Shown one piece after another: positions 16,134 to 23,492 of a stretch of DNA of 24,805 bases. Each line of letters starts with the position of its first letter. Positions within the stretch are counted from its first letter, which is position 1. The notes beneath the pieces are model-generated. The model did no database searches. It had not been told where the DNA came from and worked only from the letters and a program-made list of their open reading frames with translations. The position numbers were made by a program, and so were the translations under genes. The DNA is taken from NCBI GenBank assembly GCA_003556525.1, contig PWRH01000095.1, forward strand, positions 1 to 24,805, given 5' to 3'. Origin of the DNA: Candidatus Nealsonbacteria bacterium (GTDB lineage Bacteria; Patescibacteriota; Minisyncoccia; Minisyncoccales; RBG-13-42-11).

Positions 16134-17381
16134 CTAAAATAATGTTTTTTGATGGAATAATTTACCTTTCTTTTTAAAAGATGAAACTTTAATTTTACCA
16201 AAAACTCCGTCATAACCGGGCTCTTTTAAAACATCCCCTGCTCTTACTTTAATTATTGAATTTGCAATATCAAACAGGGTTGATTTTTCCAACTCTTCCA
16301 TAGAAGCATTAAGGAGAATATTGAATTCCGGACCGGCTTTTTTTATCAATTCTTCATATCTTTTTTCCACTTCCTTGGTTTTTGTATTGCAATTAAGAGC
16401 GTCCGCTATTATTTCTTCTAAGGGAACCAAACTTTTAAAGGGAATACTGTTTGCCGGCTTAAAACCCTCGGGCTTATCTGCCAATTCTTCCACTCTGTTT
16501 AAAACTCCGACAGTCAAAGGTTTTGCACAAACCGGACAGGTTCCGCTATACTCTTTGGTTTGTTTGGGAGAAGAAATAATTTGGCAAGATCTGTGACCGT
16601 CAAAGTGGTACTTTCCTTCTTCCGGAAAAAACTCAATTGTGTATAAAAATTGCTTTGGATCTTTGTTTTTTATTGCTTGGACTATGTCTTTATAGCTGAT
16701 TTTCGTATTAAAAACATTTGCCTCTCTGCCAATCTTGGCAGGACTATGGGCGTCTGAATTGCTTATCAGGCAAATTTTCCGGCAATCCGGCATTTGCCAG
16801 AGCATGGCCGGGTCGGCGGACAGCCCTGTTTCTCCGGCAAAAATATATTTTGAATATTCTTCAAAGCATTCTTTCAAAGAATCAAAGCCCGATTTTGAAC
16901 CGAATAAAGAAAACCAAGGAGTCATTATATGGGCCGGCACAACCAGGCAGTCTTCTGAAATATTAAAGACAATTTTAACCAGCTCTTTTGCGTCAAGCCC
17001 GAGAATCGGACGGCCATCGGATTTTAAATTACCAATCCGACCAAGCTGGGTGTTAATTTTTTCTACAATAGTAAAACAGGGTGCAAAAATCAAAAGATGA
17101 ATTTTTCTGACTTTGTTTTTAGCGGAATAAATACAGCTTATTTCCGCGGTTAAAAGAAAACGGGTTTCCGATTTTTTATTTTTCAACCTAAACAATCCCT
17201 GTTCAGCCGGCTCCAAATCTTTTTTTAAAGACTTAAACCATTCAGGATGAGAAAAATCCCCGGTTCCCAAAACTTTAATTCCTTTAATATTCGCCCACTT
17301 ATCAAGATTTTCCAAATCCATGTTTTTGGAAGTTGCCCGGGAATATTTACTATGAATATGAAAATCAGCAACAAACTTCAT
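16134..17381 (-). CDS. Endonuclease Q family PHP-domain protein
   Basis: ADFHIHSKYSRATS, GTGDFSHPEW, DGRPILGLD, PAHIMTPW, SNSDAHSP..IGREAN, EEGKYHFDGH..C...CPVC, PGYDGVFG. Confidence 0.88.
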   Translation of the reverse strand: MKFVADFHIHSKYSRATSKNMDLENLDKWANIKGIKVLGTGDFSHPEWFKSLKKDLEPAEQGLFRLKNKKSETRFLLTAEISCIYSAKNKVRKIHLLIFAPCFTIVEKINTQLGRIGNLKSDGRPILGLDAKELVKIVFNISEDCLVVPAHIMTPWFSLFGSKSGFDSLKECFEEYSKYIFAGETGLSADPAMLWQMPDCRKICLISNSDAHSPAKIGREANVFNTKISYKDIVQAIKNKDPKQFLYTIEFFPEEGKYHFDGHRSCQIISSPKQTKEYSGTCPVCAKPLTVGVLNRVEELADKPEGFKPANSIPFKSLVPLEEIIADALNCNTKTKEVEKRYEELIKKAGPEFNILLNASMEELEKSTLFDIANSIIKVRAGDVLKEPGYDGVFGKIKVSSFKKKGKLFHQKTLF

Positions 17382-17644
17382 TCAACTTTATAAACTTTAT
17401 AACCCTCTCTTGCCTTTTCTTTTATTTTCATTCCGACAGAATCTCCCTTTTTCGCCTTTTTTATTTTTTTATGGTCAACCTCCATTGAGCCAACCTTTTG
17501 GCTAAAATCGGTTTCACCACCAACAATCCTGATTTTATCCCCTGCTTCAAGTTTGCCCGAAAGATCAATCACAGCCACTTTAATATTATTGAAATAATGC
17601 GATATTTTTCCTATCAATTTTTCTTTGGATATTTTTTTAGGCAT
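17378..17644 (-). CDS. Small EF-Tu domain II-like / U32 peptidase C-terminal-like beta-barrel protein
   Basis: IGKISHYFNNIKVAVI, L..GDKIRIVG, QKVGSMEVDH..I..AKKGDSVG.K, R.G.KVYK. ATGA overlap with the EndoQ-like gene. Confidence 0.8.
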   Translation of the reverse strand: MPKKISKEKLIGKISHYFNNIKVAVIDLSGKLEAGDKIRIVGGETDFSQKVGSMEVDHKKIKKAKKGDSVGMKIKEKAREGYKVYKVE

Positions 17645-17696
17645 AATTTTAAAAAATAAAATTGTTTTTTTGTTTTAATAAAATGACCTTTAGCTT

Positions 17697-17705
17697 ATTT
17701 TAACA
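17697..17705 (-). promoter_or_regulatory. Extended -10 element for the barrel-EndoQ-mgtE unit
   Basis: TG-T-TAAAAT just downstream of the strong terminator. Confidence 0.4.
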
Positions 17706-17719
17706 TAATTAAATGTATC

Positions 17720-17758
17720 AAAAAACAAAAAATCCCGCGCCCAAAAAAGGGCGCGGAA
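17720..17758 (-). terminator. Strong intrinsic terminator
   Basis: 8-bp all-GC stem CCGCGCCC-TTTTTT-GGGCGCGG followed by GATTTTTTGTTTTTT on the minus strand. Confidence 0.9.
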
Positions 17759-17894
17759 CTTTTAAAGAGGAGGAATTATTTCTGACAAACTTGACATTAA
17801 CTCAAGTCCAGGTGGACATACTGGGCAGCTGCTGTTATAGTCTCCTTTATCAAAAATAACTTGTCCTTTTGGGCAAAAAAACCCTCACCCCCTC
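17725..17894 (-). ncRNA. Candidate structured small RNA of about 170 nt (possibly 6S-like)
   Basis: Has its own promoter and terminator and no intact ORF. Predicted 5' end GAGGGGG pairs with CCTCCTC (17773-17767) just before the terminator; internal helices are present. Confidence 0.45.
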
Positions 17895-17901
17895 AACTAT
17901 C

Positions 17902-17929
17902 AATTTAAAGAAAAAGAAAAATTTGTCAA
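17902..17929 (-). promoter_or_regulatory. Sigma70 promoter for the orphan transcript
   Basis: TTGACA (17929-17924), N16, TAAATT (17907-17902). Confidence 0.6.
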
Positions 17930-17961
17930 ATTTAAGCATTAACTCTTTTTCCCCAGTTTAT

Positions 17962-18672
17962 TCACAAAGGCTGCTTTTTTGCTATAATATAAATATTGGT
18001 CCTTGGGTCTTTCCCGTCCTGCCAAAGTTTTTCCAAACTAAAACCGCTTTTTTTTGCCAAGCCAATAAGGCTTTTTTTGGTAAAGCAATGAAAATACCTT
18101 TGAGCAATAACCTCTTTTTGCGAATTTTTCCAAGAAACAAAAACATCGAAAAAATCCAACTTTGATTTGCCGATAAGTTTTAAAATAAAATATTTTAAAA
18201 TAAGCTTTCTGCCCTCTTTTCTCCTCCAAAAGTCCCAAACTCTTAAAACTAAAAGCCCTTCAGGCTTTAAAACCCTTTCTATTTCCTTTAAATATCTTAT
18301 TCTTAGTTCTTTTGAAGGAATATGGTGTATTACGGAAATACTGAAAACCTTATCGAAAAAATTATCCGGAAAAGGCAAGTTTAAAGCGTCAGTTACTTGA
18401 AAATTTGCTTGAGGATATCTTTTTTTGGCTATTTCGATCAATTCTTTGGAAATATCAATACCAAAATAATCAATTTTTTTGTCTTTTAAGACCTCAAAAA
18501 AGCGGCCACTGGCACAACCCGAATCCAAAACTTTTTCTCCCTCTAAAACATAATCAGCCAAGCCCCTGATATTGTCCGGAATAAAAGATCTGGTTCTTGT
18601 ATAGTCTTGTGCCAAAATATCGTAATCTTTTTCGGTTTGATCCATTATTTTTTTTGCATAATTTAAATTCAT
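17962..18672 (-). CDS. Class I SAM-dependent methyltransferase, Trm9/ALKBH8-like
   Basis: VLDSGCASGRF (motif I), GIDIS, DALNLPF, SISVIHHIP..ELR, LRVW, DVFVSW, RYFHCF. Start reassigned from TTG 18714 to ATG 18672 (MNLNYAKK, 236 aa). Confidence 0.88.
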   Translation of the reverse strand: MNLNYAKKIMDQTEKDYDILAQDYTRTRSFIPDNIRGLADYVLEGEKVLDSGCASGRFFEVLKDKKIDYFGIDISKELIEIAKKRYPQANFQVTDALNLPFPDNFFDKVFSISVIHHIPSKELRIRYLKEIERVLKPEGLLVLRVWDFWRRKEGRKLILKYFILKLIGKSKLDFFDVFVSWKNSQKEVIAQRYFHCFTKKSLIGLAKKSGFSLEKLWQDGKDPRTNIYIIAKKQPL

Positions 18673-20242
18673 GAATTTTTTAGAAGAAACAATTAAAGAA
18701 TTAATCAAAAGCAATGCTCAAGATTTTGAAAAATTGGCCCAAATTAAAAGAAAGGTTGCCAAAAAACATAAAATTTCCTGTCCGAGCAATGCCAATCTAT
18801 TAAAAGCTTATCACGGCCTTTTAAATAAAAAAAGAGTTAAAAAGTCGCAAAAAATTGAACATTTACTTCAAACAAAACCAATTCGGTCCATTGCCGGAAT
18901 AGTCAATGTGTCTGTTTTAACAAAACCCTACCCTTGTCCGGGCAAGTGCCTTTATTGCCCTCAAGAAAAAAATATTCCCAAAAGCTATTTATCCGGGGAG
19001 CCTGCTGTTGAAAGAGCTAAAAAATTAAACTACAACCCCTATCTGCAAGTAAGTAAAAGAATTGAAATGCTGGAATACGGAGGCCATCCCACAGATAAGG
19101 TTGAAATAAGAATTGTTGGAGCAACCTGGTCTTATTATCCCTTGAAATACCGGGAAAATTTTATTAAGCAGTGTTTTAGGGCATGTAATAGCAAAACAAA
19201 AAAAACCGATTTAACTCTTAGTCAGGAACAGAAAAAAAATGAAAAGGCCAAACACAGGGTTGTCGGTCTTTCCATTGAAACAAGGCCTGATTTTATCAAT
19301 CAAAAAGAGATTGAAAGACTGAGAATGTTTGGAGTAACAATGGTTGAGCTCGGGGTCCAGTCAATAAATAACGATGTTTTAAAAATAAATCTAAGAGGGC
19401 ACGAAATTCAAGAAACAATCTCAGCAACAAAAATGCTAAAAGATGCCGGCTTTAAGGTTTTATACCAAATAATGCCCAATTTACCCGGGTCAAATCCAAA
19501 CAAAGACAAAAAAATGTTTATCGAGCTTTTTTCAAACCCGGACTTTCAGCCGGATCTCTTAAAAATATACCCTTGTGCTCTTTTAAAAAACGCTCCGCTT
19601 TATAATCTTTGGAAAGATAAAAAATATAAACCTTACACCGAAAAAGAGTTGATAAATCTTGTTAGAGAAATCAAAAAAACAATTCCTTGCTATGTCAGAA
19701 TACAAAGAATAAGTAGAGATATTCCCTCAAAAACCATTGTTTCAGGCCCTGCTAAAATTTCCAACCTACGGCAAATTCTTAGTGAGGATGCAAAAAAAAA
19801 TAAAAAAGTTTTTTGCATTAACGATAGGCCGTGCCGCTGCATCAGATGTCGCGAGGTCAAAGAAAAATATATTAAAAAAGAAAAAGTTTTACTTTGGAGA
19901 GAAGATTATCGGGCATCCGAAGGGAAAGAAATTTTTTTAAGCTTTGAAAACAAACAAAGAACAAAACTTTACAGTTTGCTCCGTCTCCGCTTAACTTCCG
20001 AAAATAAAGCTATTATCAGGGAAATCCATACATATGGAAAGCTTGTTCCCATAAATAAAAAACAAGAAGCTCCCCAGCATAAAGGTTTGGGAAAAAAACT
20101 TGTTTTGGAAGCGGAAAAAATAACAAAAAAAGAGTTCAATCTCAAAGAAATAAGCGTAATTTCTTCGGTTGGAACAAGAGATTATTTCAGAAAGCTGGGC
20201 TATAAATTAAAAAACACCTATATGGTCAAGTCTTTGAAATAA
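18671..20242 (+). CDS. elp3: Elp3 radical-SAM/KAT tRNA U34 modification enzyme
   Basis: RSIAGIVNVSVLTKP, CPGKCLYCP (CX3CX2C), ETRPD, VELGVQS, MPNLPG, KIYPC, RIQRISRDIP, CRCIRCRE, IREIHTYG, QHKGLGKKL..EAE, GTRDYFRKLGY. Confidence 0.95.
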   Translation: MNFLEETIKELIKSNAQDFEKLAQIKRKVAKKHKISCPSNANLLKAYHGLLNKKRVKKSQKIEHLLQTKPIRSIAGIVNVSVLTKPYPCPGKCLYCPQEKNIPKSYLSGEPAVERAKKLNYNPYLQVSKRIEMLEYGGHPTDKVEIRIVGATWSYYPLKYRENFIKQCFRACNSKTKKTDLTLSQEQKKNEKAKHRVVGLSIETRPDFINQKEIERLRMFGVTMVELGVQSINNDVLKINLRGHEIQETISATKMLKDAGFKVLYQIMPNLPGSNPNKDKKMFIELFSNPDFQPDLLKIYPCALLKNAPLYNLWKDKKYKPYTEKELINLVREIKKTIPCYVRIQRISRDIPSKTIVSGPAKISNLRQILSEDAKKNKKVFCINDRPCRCIRCREVKEKYIKKEKVLLWREDYRASEGKEIFLSFENKQRTKLYSLLRLRLTSENKAIIREIHTYGKLVPINKKQEAPQHKGLGKKLVLEAEKITKKEFNLKEISVISSVGTRDYFRKLGYKLKNTYMVKSLK

Positions 20243-20279
20243 AAGTATTGACTTAAGGTACTTTAATGCTTAAACAAAA

Positions 20280-21761
20280 CTATAGATTTTTTTCTATTTT
20301 TTGAAAATCTTGAGCAAGTTTTATCAAATATCTTGTTCCACTGCCGGTAGACCCTTTTGCCAGTCCCTGATTTTCAATCGAAGCCATTGTCGGCGCTATA
20401 TCCAAATGAATCCAAGGATTGTCTTCCACAAAATACTTAAGAAACAAAGCTCCACTAATCGCACCTCCTTGTTTTAAATATTTACCCAAGTTGGCGACAT
20501 CTGCAAAAGTTCCCTTAATTTCTTCTTCATATTCCTCCCAGCAAGGCAAGGGCCAAACATAGTCTCCGGAATCTTCACCAACTCTAATAAGTTCTTCCGT
20601 ATTTAAAATATTTGTAAACAAGGCTGTTGCCCGATAACCCAAAGCAACCAAGGATGCTCCGGTTAAGGTGGCAACATCAACAATTATCTTGGGTTTATGA
20701 TTTTTAATCGAGTAAGAAATTGCATCAGCCAAAATAATCCTTCCCTCTGCATCCGTACTTAACACCTCAATTGTTTTTCCACTGTAAGACCTTAAAATGT
20801 CTCCTTGTCTTAAAGCTTCTCCGGAAGGCATATTTTCAACAGCAGGAATCAAGCAAATAATATTTAAAGGTATTTTAATTTTAGAAATTGCCAGAATAGC
20901 TCCTAAAACAGCTGATCCTCCGGACATATCCATATACATACCTTTCATTGAATCAAAGGGCTTTATATCGAGACCGCCTGTATCAAAAGTTATTCCTTTC
21001 CCAACAAAAGAAAGGTCTATTTCTTTACTTTTGGCTCTGCCAAAATATTTTAAAATTATCAACCTGGGCTTAAGTACACTTCCTTGTGAAACTCCAAGAA
21101 TTCCTCCCATTGATAATTTTTTTAATTTTTTCTCATCAAAAACTTCCAGGCTAATATTATTTCCTTCGTTTTTAACTTTTTTCGCAGCCTCAACTAATCC
21201 TTGGGGAGTCATATCTTTACCGGGGGTATTTGAAAGGTCTCGAGTAAAATTTACCGCCCTGCCAACTATTATTCCATTATCAAGCTCTTTTTGATATTTT
21301 AAATTATCCGGCCAAACAATTTCAATAATATTAATTTTATGCCAGCCTTCTTTGGGCTTTTTTTTGTAGCGGACAAATTCATAAAAAGCCAATAAAATAT
21401 TTTCCGAAAGCTGTTTTGTTAAATTGGGCAAATCGGCTTTTTCGGGAATAATCCGATCAAGAACAAAAACAGCTTCTTTGTTCCTATTTTCTTTTAAAAC
21501 AAGAACAGCTTTTCTTAGGTTGACCAAAAATTTTCTTTGATTCCAGTTCTTTTTTTCGCCAAGATTTACCAAATAAAAATCACTGTTATCTGAAAAAAAC
21601 ATCTTACTTTTCCCTTCTTTAACTAAAGAAGCTTCTTTTAAAATATCGCTCTTGTCTTCAAATCCGTCGAATTTAATTTTTTCTCCGGAAAAAAACGGCA
21701 AAAAATAAAATTTATTTTTTTTAAAGCTTATTTCTTGTCTTTTTTTTAGTTTTATTTTCAT
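20280..21761 (-). CDS. pepA: Leucyl aminopeptidase (M17 family)
   Basis: VGKGITFDTGGLDIK, DMSG, ENMPSG, STDAEGRIILAD, DVATLTGA, WIHLDIA. Confidence 0.94.
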   Translation of the reverse strand: MKIKLKKRQEISFKKNKFYFLPFFSGEKIKFDGFEDKSDILKEASLVKEGKSKMFFSDNSDFYLVNLGEKKNWNQRKFLVNLRKAVLVLKENRNKEAVFVLDRIIPEKADLPNLTKQLSENILLAFYEFVRYKKKPKEGWHKINIIEIVWPDNLKYQKELDNGIIVGRAVNFTRDLSNTPGKDMTPQGLVEAAKKVKNEGNNISLEVFDEKKLKKLSMGGILGVSQGSVLKPRLIILKYFGRAKSKEIDLSFVGKGITFDTGGLDIKPFDSMKGMYMDMSGGSAVLGAILAISKIKIPLNIICLIPAVENMPSGEALRQGDILRSYSGKTIEVLSTDAEGRIILADAISYSIKNHKPKIIVDVATLTGASLVALGYRATALFTNILNTEELIRVGEDSGDYVWPLPCWEEYEEEIKGTFADVANLGKYLKQGGAISGALFLKYFVEDNPWIHLDIAPTMASIENQGLAKGSTGSGTRYLIKLAQDFQKIEKNL

Positions 21762-21773
21762 TTTTGATATTTT

Positions 21774-21947
21774 TTACGCTGATGATTTTTTCTCAACAGA
21801 AGGTTCTTTTTTTGTTTTTAAATTCAGTTTTTGATAAATTTCGTTTATCAATTTTTTTTGTTTTTCAATATCAGAAACCTCCCGGCGAATTCGGGCTTTT
21901 TCTTTCCTGATATATTTTCTGATGCTTTTGGGAAGCTTTTTTACCAT
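21774..21947 (-). CDS. Small basic hypothetical protein, 57 aa
   Basis: Below the ORF-track cutoff. MVKKLPKSIRKYIRKEKARIRREVSDIEKQKKLINEIYQKLNLKTKKEPSVEKKSSA*; fills the rtcB-pepA gap and stops 12 bp before the pepA ATG. Confidence 0.72.
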   Translation of the reverse strand: MVKKLPKSIRKYIRKEKARIRREVSDIEKQKKLINEIYQKLNLKTKKEPSVEKKSSA

Positions 21948-22035
21948 AGACCTCTTGAAAAACTATAATTATTAAGTTCAAAAATTGAAACAAGTTCAAA
22001 ATATTTTTTTAAACTTTTAACATTTAATATTTAGC

Positions 22036-23481
22036 TTATTCTCCTTTAATAACAGCCAAAGGGGCAAGCTTTGCAACCTTTAAGGACAATCCGGCATTAT
22101 CTACCACGCTAACAACTTCTTCTATGTCTTTATATGCAAAAGGAGCTTCTTCGGCAATCCCACGCTGATTTTGACATTTAACAATAACACCTTTTGATTT
22201 TAGTTCATTTATTACGTTTTGTCCAGAAATAGCTCTTAATGCCGCTTTACGTGACATTGTCCTACCTGCCCCATGAGCGGTTGAATAAAAAGAATTTTTA
22301 CCTTTTTCCGTTCCTGCCATAATATAAGAAAAAGTCCCCATTGTGCCGGGAAGAAGAACCGGTTGGCCGACATTTTTATAGCTCAAAGGAATCTCGGGAT
22401 GACCCGGAGGAAAGGCCCTGGTTGCACCTTTTCTATGAACAATAAGCTCTGTTTCTTTTCCTTCAATATAATAATTTTCTTTTTTAATAATATTATGAGC
22501 AACATCGTATAGGACAGGTAGTGAATATTTTTTTTCCAAAATATTTTGCCATGCCTTTCTAATAAAATAAGTTATTGCCTGCCTGTTCGCCCATGCGTAA
22601 TTCGCAGCTGCAGCCATGGCTTGAAAATATTTTTGGCCATGAGAAGAATTAAAGGGAACACAAGCAAATTCTCTGTCCGAAATATTGATCTTATACTTAT
22701 TTTTCATTAAAGGAATAAATTCTTCCAAATAATCACTGCAAACCTTATGACCCAACCCTCTGCTTCCGCAATGTATCATAATAACGATTTGACCCTTAAA
22801 TAAACCGAAAGTTTCCGCCTTTTTTTCATCAAAAATATCAACTACTTTTTGGATTTCGCAAAAATGGTTTCCGCTTCCAAGGGTACCAAGCTGGTCTCTG
22901 CCTCTGTTTTTTGCTTTTAGTGAAACCGTCTCCGAGCAGGCCCAGCCCATTCTTCCAAAAGACTCACAATGATCAATATCTGCTTTTTCTCCATAACCCT
23001 GATCAATCAGTCTTTCCGCTCCTTGGTTTAAAATTTTATCAACCTCTTTAATGCTAATCTTGATTTTTCTTCCCCTACCCAGTCCTGAGGGAACAATTTT
23101 CTCAATTTCAAAAATCAATTTTTCCAAAAAAGGTTTAATTTCATGCTCTTGCCATTCGGACTTAAGCAGTCTTACTCCGCAATTAATATCAAACCCGCAA
23201 GCACCCGGAGATATAATGCCATCGGAGGACCTTATCGGCCCTACAAAACCTATTGGCACGGAATAACCTTCATGGCAATCAGGCATAGCTATTCCATAGT
23301 TAACAATTCCGGGCAAAGCGGTTCCGTTTATCAGCTGAGCAATCGATTTATCTTTTAAAATATCATCTATCATTTTTTCAGAAGCGTAAACTCTGGCAGG
23401 AACTCTCATTTCAGCACGAAAAGACCGGTCTATTTGCCATAAATAATCATTTATTTTAATAAAGTTTTTTTTGCCTATCAT
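22036..23481 (-). CDS. rtcB: RtcB family RNA-splicing/repair ligase (archaeal-type long form)
   Basis: MPDCHEGY, GFDINCGVR, GTLGSGNHF, IHCGSRG, YDVAHN, HRKGAT, PGTMG, HGAGR, EEAPFAYK. Confidence 0.95.
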   Translation of the reverse strand: MIGKKNFIKINDYLWQIDRSFRAEMRVPARVYASEKMIDDILKDKSIAQLINGTALPGIVNYGIAMPDCHEGYSVPIGFVGPIRSSDGIISPGACGFDINCGVRLLKSEWQEHEIKPFLEKLIFEIEKIVPSGLGRGRKIKISIKEVDKILNQGAERLIDQGYGEKADIDHCESFGRMGWACSETVSLKAKNRGRDQLGTLGSGNHFCEIQKVVDIFDEKKAETFGLFKGQIVIMIHCGSRGLGHKVCSDYLEEFIPLMKNKYKINISDREFACVPFNSSHGQKYFQAMAAAANYAWANRQAITYFIRKAWQNILEKKYSLPVLYDVAHNIIKKENYYIEGKETELIVHRKGATRAFPPGHPEIPLSYKNVGQPVLLPGTMGTFSYIMAGTEKGKNSFYSTAHGAGRTMSRKAALRAISGQNVINELKSKGVIVKCQNQRGIAEEAPFAYKDIEEVVSVVDNAGLSLKVAKLAPLAVIKGE

Positions 23482-23492
23482 GTTTAAATAAT

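Noticed and set aside
17805-17830. SRP RNA helix 8 or ZTP riboswitch look-alike on the plus strand (CCAGGTGG...GGGCAGC)
   Set aside because: No GNRA loop or correct spacing for SRP, no ZTP P1/pseudoknot order, and promoter/terminator polarity favours the minus strand.
17885-17887. TGA recoding (code 25) to rescue the Cys-rich frame
   Set aside because: TGA is the true stop of argS, smpB, the barrel gene and the methyltransferase.
18673-18714. ORF-track TTG start at 18714 for the methyltransferase
   Set aside because: It would overlap elp3 by 44 bp with a featureless extension; ATG 18672 is more parsimonious.
20242-20279. Hairpin or antisense promoter between convergent elp3 and pepA
   Set aside because: The stem AAAGTA/TACTTT is weak and AT-rich; TTGACT-N17-TAAACA lacks the conserved final T of the -10.
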